This document shows positions 58,419-64,000 of a DNA stretch of 64,000 bases, piece by piece (position 1 is the stretch's first letter; every line of letters begins with the position of its first letter). The notes under the pieces were generated by a model that saw only the letters and a program-made list of their open reading frames with translations, made no database searches and was not told where the DNA came from. Source of the stretch: Nitrospirota bacterium (GTDB lineage: Bacteria; Nitrospirota; UBA9217); NCBI GenBank assembly GCA_963663225.1, contig OY760142.1, forward strand, positions 1,632,001 to 1,696,000. The letters run 5' to 3'. The translations under genes were made by a program, and so were the position numbers.

Positions 58419-59062
58419 CAAAGTTCTCCCGCGGCGCGCTTCAGACACGTTTTTACCATTTCGCGCGCCCTGAACAGCCTCGATTTCACCGTGCCCTCGC
58501 GCACCTTCAGAATCCGTCCTATTTCCTTGTAGGAAAAATCCTGCATGTCGCGGAGGACCAGCACCTCACGAAAAAGACCTTCGAGTTTCTTTATGCATTC
58601 CTGGACAACGGCCCGCAGATCGCGCTTCATCATTTCATCCAGAACAGACGGATTCGGGGAAGGGGGATCCACGGTCATTGTTCCGTCTTCGGTCCGGATT
58701 GGATCGTCCAGAGAAAACGCCATGCGGCTCCGGCGCGCTTTTATCTGCTTCAGCCGGTTTTTGGAAAGGTTCACGGTTATGGTTGTGAGCCAAGTCGTGA
58801 ATTTTGCATCGCCGCGAAACGTCCCGATATTCCTATAGGCGGAAAGGAAAGCATCCTGCACAACTTCGCAGGCATCGTTGTAGTCTCCGGTCAGCCGGAA
58901 GGCTATATTCAGCATGCGTTTTTGGTGCCTGGTGACGAGCAGTTCAAAAGCATCCAGTTCGCCGTTCCGGGAAGCCAGAACCAGCGCCGCATCCTCGTCC
59001 GGTGCGCTTCTGCTTTCATCCGTATTGGACAACGTTATTGAAGGATTTGTTTCAGGCTTCAT
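58418..59062 (-). CDS. ECF sigma factor
   Basis: AFELLV.RH, VQDAFL, F.TWL..I..N, GTVKSRLFRAR; abuts the anti-sigma gene. Confidence 0.93.
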   Translation of the reverse strand: MKPETNPSITLSNTDESRSAPDEDAALVLASRNGELDAFELLVTRHQKRMLNIAFRLTGDYNDACEVVQDAFLSAYRNIGTFRGDAKFTTWLTTITVNLSKNRLKQIKARRSRMAFSLDDPIRTEDGTMTVDPPSPNPSVLDEMMKRDLRAVVQECIKKLEGLFREVLVLRDMQDFSYKEIGRILKVREGTVKSRLFRAREMVKTCLKRAAGEL

Positions 59063-59174
59063 GCTGCTCAGATTGTATCGCAAAAAAACGGCTTTTGCAC
59101 CCGTAAAATGCTAGTATAATATTATAGTAGTCTGTACGATAAAAACCAAATTGGGTACTGTATTGAGGTGGCCT

Positions 59175-60833
59175 ATGGCGCAGGAAGTCCTTCCGGATGA
59201 CGCAAAAAAAGTCATCAAAGAGACTTTTTTAAAAGGATTAAAGGAAGATGTCGCAATAGAGGTATTCACCAAGGCCGGCGCGAACGACCAGTTTAACGAG
59301 ACCGCGGTCTCGCTGGTCAAGGCATTTGCCGAACTTTCCGACAAACTGAAACCCTCGTTTTATACACTCGACGATGCACAGGCCGCAAAGAGGAATGTTG
59401 TGCGGTCTCCAACATTGTTGATTGCCCCCGACAAGTACCGCATCCGCTACACGGGGGCCCCGCTGGGAGAAGAAGGCCGTTCATTCCTGGTGGCGCTGCT
59501 CATGGCTTCCGGCAACGCCGGTATTTTTACGGAAACGGCGGCTGCCAAAATCGTGGATCAACTCAACGAGAAGCGCGACATCCAGGTGTTTGTCAGCCCC
59601 ACCTGTCCGTACTGTCCGCAGCAGGTGCTTTCCGCCTTTTCAGCGGCGGTTGCCAGGCCTGATCTGGTGTCTGCCGAGGCGATAGAAATCTATGAAAACC
59701 AGGACCTCGCGGAATCTCTCGGCTCGCTGGCAGTGCCGCAGACGTTCATAAACGGAACATTTACGGGAGCGGGCCTCCAGCCGGAGCCTCTGTTCGTCGA
59801 AGCGCTGCTGTCGCTCAAGGAACCCCAGATTGCCTCCGCTCAGATGTCCGGCGAGCCGGTGGAGAAAGATCTGGTGATAATCGGCGGAGGACCGGCCGGC
59901 CTTACCGCGGCAATCTACGCGGAGCGCGCGGGGCTGAGCAGCGTTGTGATCGAGAAGGGGAACCTCGGCGGACAGGTGGCGATAACTCCGGTCGTTGAGA
60001 ACTACCCAGGATTCATGCGCATCGGCGGGAAAAGCCTTATTGATCTGATCGCGCAGCAGGCGGCGCAGTATGCCGAGATCCATATCGGCGAGTTTGCATC
60101 TGAAATAGACAAAACTAGGCCGGACAAGAGAATCACGGTCAAGACGAACTACGGCATCTATATCACCAAGGGGCTGCTCCTTGCGACGGGCGTGGTGAAC
60201 CGTGCCCTGGAAGCGCCGGGCGCCCAGAAATTTTACGGCAGGGGCGTGAGCTACTGCGCTACCTGCGACGGATATTTTTTCAAGGACGGGAAGCGTGTGA
60301 TTGTGGTCGGCGGCGGAAACACGGCGGTCACCGACGCCCTGTATCTGCACAACATCGGAGCGGCGGTGACGCTGGTGCACCGGCGGGACACTCTGACGTG
60401 CGAAGCGCGGCTTAAGGAAACCTTGAAGCAAATGCAGATTCCCGTCCTGTGGGACAGCGAGGTGCAGGAAATTCTCGGCGACAAGATTGTGCGGTCCGTC
60501 AAGATCAGGGACAGAAAGACCGGCGGTACGAACGAGATGGCCATCGACGGTGTGTTTGTCGGCATCGGATATGTGCCGAGCAATGAAATCGCAAAGAAAC
60601 TCGGCGTTGACCTTGACGACCAGGGATATATTAAGATCGATCTGATGACCATGCGGACGTCAGCTCCGAATGTGTACGCGGCAGGCGACATTACCGGCGC
60701 CCCGAAGCAGATTGTGGTCGCCGTTGCGCATGGATCGGTTGCTGCAATGTCTGCGTTCGAGGATTTGTCAAGTGTCAGGTGGGAGGAGATTGAAAAGTAC
60801 GGGGAGGCGGCAAAAGCCGCAGAACGCCGCTGA
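59175..60833 (+). CDS. Thioredoxin reductase with N-terminal thioredoxin-like (AhpF/PDO-type) domains
   Basis: CPYC, GGGPAG, SYCATCDG, GGGNTA, AAGD. Confidence 0.92.
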   Translation: MAQEVLPDDAKKVIKETFLKGLKEDVAIEVFTKAGANDQFNETAVSLVKAFAELSDKLKPSFYTLDDAQAAKRNVVRSPTLLIAPDKYRIRYTGAPLGEEGRSFLVALLMASGNAGIFTETAAAKIVDQLNEKRDIQVFVSPTCPYCPQQVLSAFSAAVARPDLVSAEAIEIYENQDLAESLGSLAVPQTFINGTFTGAGLQPEPLFVEALLSLKEPQIASAQMSGEPVEKDLVIIGGGPAGLTAAIYAERAGLSSVVIEKGNLGGQVAITPVVENYPGFMRIGGKSLIDLIAQQAAQYAEIHIGEFASEIDKTRPDKRITVKTNYGIYITKGLLLATGVVNRALEAPGAQKFYGRGVSYCATCDGYFFKDGKRVIVVGGGNTAVTDALYLHNIGAAVTLVHRRDTLTCEARLKETLKQMQIPVLWDSEVQEILGDKIVRSVKIRDRKTGGTNEMAIDGVFVGIGYVPSNEIAKKLGVDLDDQGYIKIDLMTMRTSAPNVYAAGDITGAPKQIVVAVAHGSVAAMSAFEDLSSVRWEEIEKYGEAAKAAERR

Positions 60834-60897
60834 TGCAGGACCCCGGCATTCTGCCCGGATCCTGCATCATGGGCACACGCACGCTTAAAAAGCGGCA

Positions 60898-61476
60898 TCA
60901 GTCAAACTTTACTTTCGGCACAGCCTTCTCCGCCTGTGGAACTTCATAGTATTGCGCCTCGCCGACTTTGGCAAGAGAAGCAAAGAACCCGCCAAAGACG
61001 GTGCGCCGGTAGGTATTGAGCTCCTTTACATTGTCGTTGTAGCGCTTGCGCTCCACGGCAATCCTGTTTTCTGTGCCTTCAAGGCTGTCCTGAAATTTCA
61101 GAAAATTTTCATTCGCCTTGAGCTGGGGGAAAGCTTCCTGCAGCATCAGGAGCCGAGACAGAAATCCTTCAAGCTGCTGGGACGACTGGATTTTGTCTTT
61201 TACCGTGTTTGCCTGGAAGTATTTTGTGCGTGCATTGGCTATGTTTTCGAACAGCGTCTTTTCGTGTTTGGCATATCCTTTTACCGTCTCCATGAGATTG
61301 GGAATCAGATCATAGCGCCGTTTGAGCTGGTTCTCCACCTGCGCCCACTGGGACTTCACCTGTTCATCCATGGCCACGACCTTGTTGTACTGGCCGATGC
61401 CCCACATGATCCCCACGCCCGCGATCACGACGACCGCGGCAATAAGAACGAGCACTATTTTTAATCCATTATTCAT
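60898..61476 (-). CDS. lemA: LemA family protein
   Basis: N-terminal TM helix, QLKRRYDLIPNL, TENRIAVERKRYN. Confidence 0.93.
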   Translation of the reverse strand: MNNGLKIVLVLIAAVVVIAGVGIMWGIGQYNKVVAMDEQVKSQWAQVENQLKRRYDLIPNLMETVKGYAKHEKTLFENIANARTKYFQANTVKDKIQSSQQLEGFLSRLLMLQEAFPQLKANENFLKFQDSLEGTENRIAVERKRYNDNVKELNTYRRTVFGGFFASLAKVGEAQYYEVPQAEKAVPKVKFD

Positions 61477-61577
61477 CGCCACCTCCTGAGTTTCTTGCTG
61501 AAGTTTTTAGAAATCGAATATCTATCACTTCTGGTATATAAGCACAGTTATTGCCGTGGAAAAAGACAATCAAAAAA

Positions 61578-62378
61578 CTACCAGCCTCCGGATGCGCCGC
61601 CCCCGCCTCCGCTGCCACCACCACCGCCGCCAAAGCTTCCTCCATCAAAGCCGCCGAATCCACCGCCGCCAAAACCTCCGAATCCACCATAGCTGTTGCC
61701 GTAGTATCCGCCGCTTCCCCACGGGCCGCCCGAGTATCTTCGCTTTCCCTGCTTTGCACGCATCAGACTCAGAAAACCTGCCAGCATGGGACCGAAGAGA
61801 AAGAGCGCCAGCAGGATTGTATTCAGCGGAATGCCCTGTTCTTTTTCCGCCCGGCGCGCTGCGCTGCCCGGCATCTCCGTCAGCTGCACTCCTTCATGTT
61901 TTGCAATGGTCCGCATTATCGCTGTTGTCGCTGCCGCGATTCCGGCGCTGTAATCACCCTGCCTGAAATAGGGAATGAGATGTTCCCTGCCGATCGAACC
62001 GAGCAGGCTGTCGGGAAGAATGTTTTCCAGCCCGTAGCCTGTTTCGAACCGGTACTTCCGGTCTTGCACGGCCACGACGATCAGCATGCCGTTGTCTTTG
62101 CGCTTCTGGCCGAGCCTCCATTTTTCCTTGGTGTTGAAAGAAAATTCCTCGATGCTCTGGCCGTCGAGGCTCTGGACCGTAAGGACCAGCACCTGTGCGG
62201 ACGTTTTTCGCTCAAGCTCCTGCAGGGAGGCGTTCAGGCGGCTTTTTACATCGCCTCTGACAATTCCGGCAAGGTCCGTTACATAGTCCCGCGGGACTGC
62301 CGGCGGCTGCGGGGTTGATGCAAATGCGTTGAATGCAGCAGCAAGAACAATTGCCTGTATGATGATTTTTTTAAGCAT
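61578..62378 (-). CDS. TPM-domain (DUF477) membrane protein with Gly-rich tail
   Basis: VTDLAG, DNG.L..VA..DR, ETGYGLE..LPD, GGFGGG...GGW tail. Confidence 0.9.
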   Translation of the reverse strand: MLKKIIIQAIVLAAAFNAFASTPQPPAVPRDYVTDLAGIVRGDVKSRLNASLQELERKTSAQVLVLTVQSLDGQSIEEFSFNTKEKWRLGQKRKDNGMLIVVAVQDRKYRFETGYGLENILPDSLLGSIGREHLIPYFRQGDYSAGIAAATTAIMRTIAKHEGVQLTEMPGSAARRAEKEQGIPLNTILLALFLFGPMLAGFLSLMRAKQGKRRYSGGPWGSGGYYGNSYGGFGGFGGGGFGGFDGGSFGGGGGGSGGGGGASGGW

Positions 62379-63117
62379 GCAGGTCGTCAAGGGTCTTTTC
62401 CAGGGACTCGAGCGCGCTGTAATACTGGCGGAACAGGTCATTCAACTCCTGCCCAGACGGTTTTATGGCCCCTGTCTTGAGCGAAAGGAGCTCTTCGAAG
62501 ACAGTCGTTTTCGTGCCGGCCGTATCGCAGAATATTTTTACCACCTCGGTCCTTAAGATTGGCGGTTCCTTGCCGAAAAGATAAACGATGGATCTAAAAA
62601 GGGCGATCGAGCCGGTAATGGACCGTCTCAGCACGGCGGCAAGTGCATCTTTTTCTCCGGCCGAAGCAAGATAACCCTGCCGGAGTCCTATAAGCTTTAC
62701 CTTGACCTCGCGTTCGCATTGAAGACGAAGCGGAGCGGATTCAACGGCAAGGTCCTTGAAAATATCAATTCCATAAACGGTTTTATGCAGCAGCTTCAAA
62801 TCCAGAAATTCTACCGGAAAAGCGTCGAGGGATTTGGAGATATATTCCGGCGTCATGACAAGCGGCGCGGCAATCCTTTTTTCCCCATAGTTCCTTCCGA
62901 GCGGCGCAAGAAAGGAAATGAACTCCAGGTCCATGTCATGCAGCACTACCACGGAATTGATGTCGGATAGTTTCTCGTTGTAGTCCGGCATGACCGCGCT
63001 GCCGGTAATGTGCAGGGAATGAATGTTCCGGTCATGCCGGTCTATGATCTCACGGAGCATGGGGCCGATTTTTTCGGCGATGGACGGGGCGAGGCCGGTC
63101 AGAGTCAGGTTATTCAT
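62371..63117 (-). CDS. Nucleotidyltransferase-fold protein
   Basis: GSA...SDIN motif, FPVEFL, LRLQCERE; heads the TPM-LemA operon. Confidence 0.72.
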   Translation of the reverse strand: MNNLTLTGLAPSIAEKIGPMLREIIDRHDRNIHSLHITGSAVMPDYNEKLSDINSVVVLHDMDLEFISFLAPLGRNYGEKRIAAPLVMTPEYISKSLDAFPVEFLDLKLLHKTVYGIDIFKDLAVESAPLRLQCEREVKVKLIGLRQGYLASAGEKDALAAVLRRSITGSIALFRSIVYLFGKEPPILRTEVVKIFCDTAGTKTTVFEELLSLKTGAIKPSGQELNDLFRQYYSALESLEKTLDDLHA

Positions 63118-63254
63118 GGCGAAATTATTATAGCACACCGGGATGCTCATCTCAATCGACGGTGGGGCATATACAGGAAATAAAAAAAACAGTCCGCCAG
63201 AAGCGTAAGAACATGGTATAATGCGGACCGGAAATTATCGATCTTTTCAGGAGG

Positions 63255-63578
63255 ATGTCGATGCAGACGATTCCTTTCTCTCTTGCGGCTCCGGGCATGG
63301 AACTCGCCAGGGAGATTAAAAATCCGGAAAGCCCTGACGGCCCGCCCATGTGCGGCAAGGGTATGGTGTTGACCGAAGCGCTGATCGCACGTCTGGGGCA
63401 GAAAAACGTGCAGGCCATAACCGTCGTGGGGAGACCGGTCAAAATGGCGGGTGAAAAGACCCTTGATGAAATGCTGCACCAGCTTGACCTCCGCTTCAGG
63501 CGGGTGGCCAAGGACCCGCTTATGATGAAGCTCAAGGAATTGTACCGGGACTATCTTATCAGGTCCCAGGGAGAATGA
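63255..63578 (+). CDS. Hypothetical protein preceding the HDOD gene
   Basis: PGMELA...GMVLTE..I.RL motif of the kind seen in HD-associated N-domains; AGGAGG RBS. Confidence 0.75.
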   Translation: MSMQTIPFSLAAPGMELAREIKNPESPDGPPMCGKGMVLTEALIARLGQKNVQAITVVGRPVKMAGEKTLDEMLHQLDLRFRRVAKDPLMMKLKELYRDYLIRSQGE

Positions 63579-63579
63579 C

Positions 63580-64000
63580 ATGGAAGACAAACGGGCAGAA
63601 CTGCAGCGGGCAATCAAGGATACCAAATCCATACCGACGCTGCCTGGGATCATTGCGAAACTGAGCACCCTGGCGGCAAACGACAAAGTCTCGGCCAATG
63701 AGATGGCGCGAGTCGTGTCTGCGGACCAGGTTTTGTCCGCAAAAGTGTTGCGCCTCGTGAATTCGCCGTTTTACGGTTTCTCCGGCCGGGTATCAACCGT
63801 TTCAAACGCGCTTATTCTTCTCGGTGTGAATGTGGTGAAGAGCCTGGCCGTAACGAGCTCCATTTTTGAAATGATGGAAAAGCACGTCGTCGGGCTCTGG
63901 GAGCACTCCATGGGCGTGGCCACGGCGGCGCAGATCATCGCACGCCAGCTCAAGCTTCCCGATCCCGAAGAAATATCCACTGCCGCGCTGCTGCACGATA
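63580..64000 (+). CDS. HDOD domain protein, 3' end outside the window
   Basis: IPTLP, DQVLSAKVLRLVNSPFYG, LWEHS, AALLHD; frame open to the window end. Confidence 0.92.
   Translation, partial: MEDKRAELQRAIKDTKSIPTLPGIIAKLSTLAANDKVSANEMARVVSADQVLSAKVLRLVNSPFYGFSGRVSTVSNALILLGVNVVKSLAVTSSIFEMMEKHVVGLWEHSMGVATAAQIIARQLKLPDPEEISTAALLHD

Noticed and set aside
1-64000. CRISPR array, rRNA, tRNA, prophage or intact transposase
   Set aside because: No regularly spaced repeats or matching genes seen; the only tRNA-like structure belongs to tmRNA

Overview
Bacterial chromosomal window, probably from an anaerobe or microaerophile of the Nitrospirota/Deltaproteobacteria type (inferred from the tmRNA tag ANNQELALAA and the yggS-proC-yggT-divIVA-yggU order). 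Layout: (1) core yggS-proC-yggT-divIVA-yggU-ssrA (1-2.7 kb); (2) a ~32 kb accessory region starting at the tmRNA 3' end, holding a sigma54-controlled sulfonate-cleavage cluster (IslA-like glycyl radical enzyme and activase, DmpF/DmpG, PAS-bEBP, asymmetric TauT-type ABC importer, TauE), a nitrilase-family enzyme, a signal-less TupA, RRM-rpsU, a B12 radical SAM enzyme, a secreted thaumatin-like protein plus YWKNG-repeat lipoprotein, rnk plus a short MreB-like actin, Fic, a caspase cassette bracketed by two degenerate ORF6N direct repeats, and a Vsr/type II R-M module; (3) core-like genes: divergent RelA/SpoT-like protein next to an ACT-MBL hydrolase, Rrf2-cydAB, double CIRCE-hrcA-grpE-dnaK-dnaJ, 2-oxoacid:ferredoxin oxidoreductase, corA, octaheme HAO-family cytochrome, ECF sigma/anti-sigma, TrxB fusion, LemA/TPM, HDOD. 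Best candidate for an undescribed system: an unannotated 20-aa Cys-rich peptide gene (MTIKKVTKKAALTCKCKSSC, 48589-48651, minus strand, strong RBS) directly downstream of an RRE-like/radical SAM/SPASM gene, with a divergent Cys-rich partner gene, i.e. a putative minimal ranthipeptide-like RiPP locus. All family calls come from motif recognition by eye; no database search was run.
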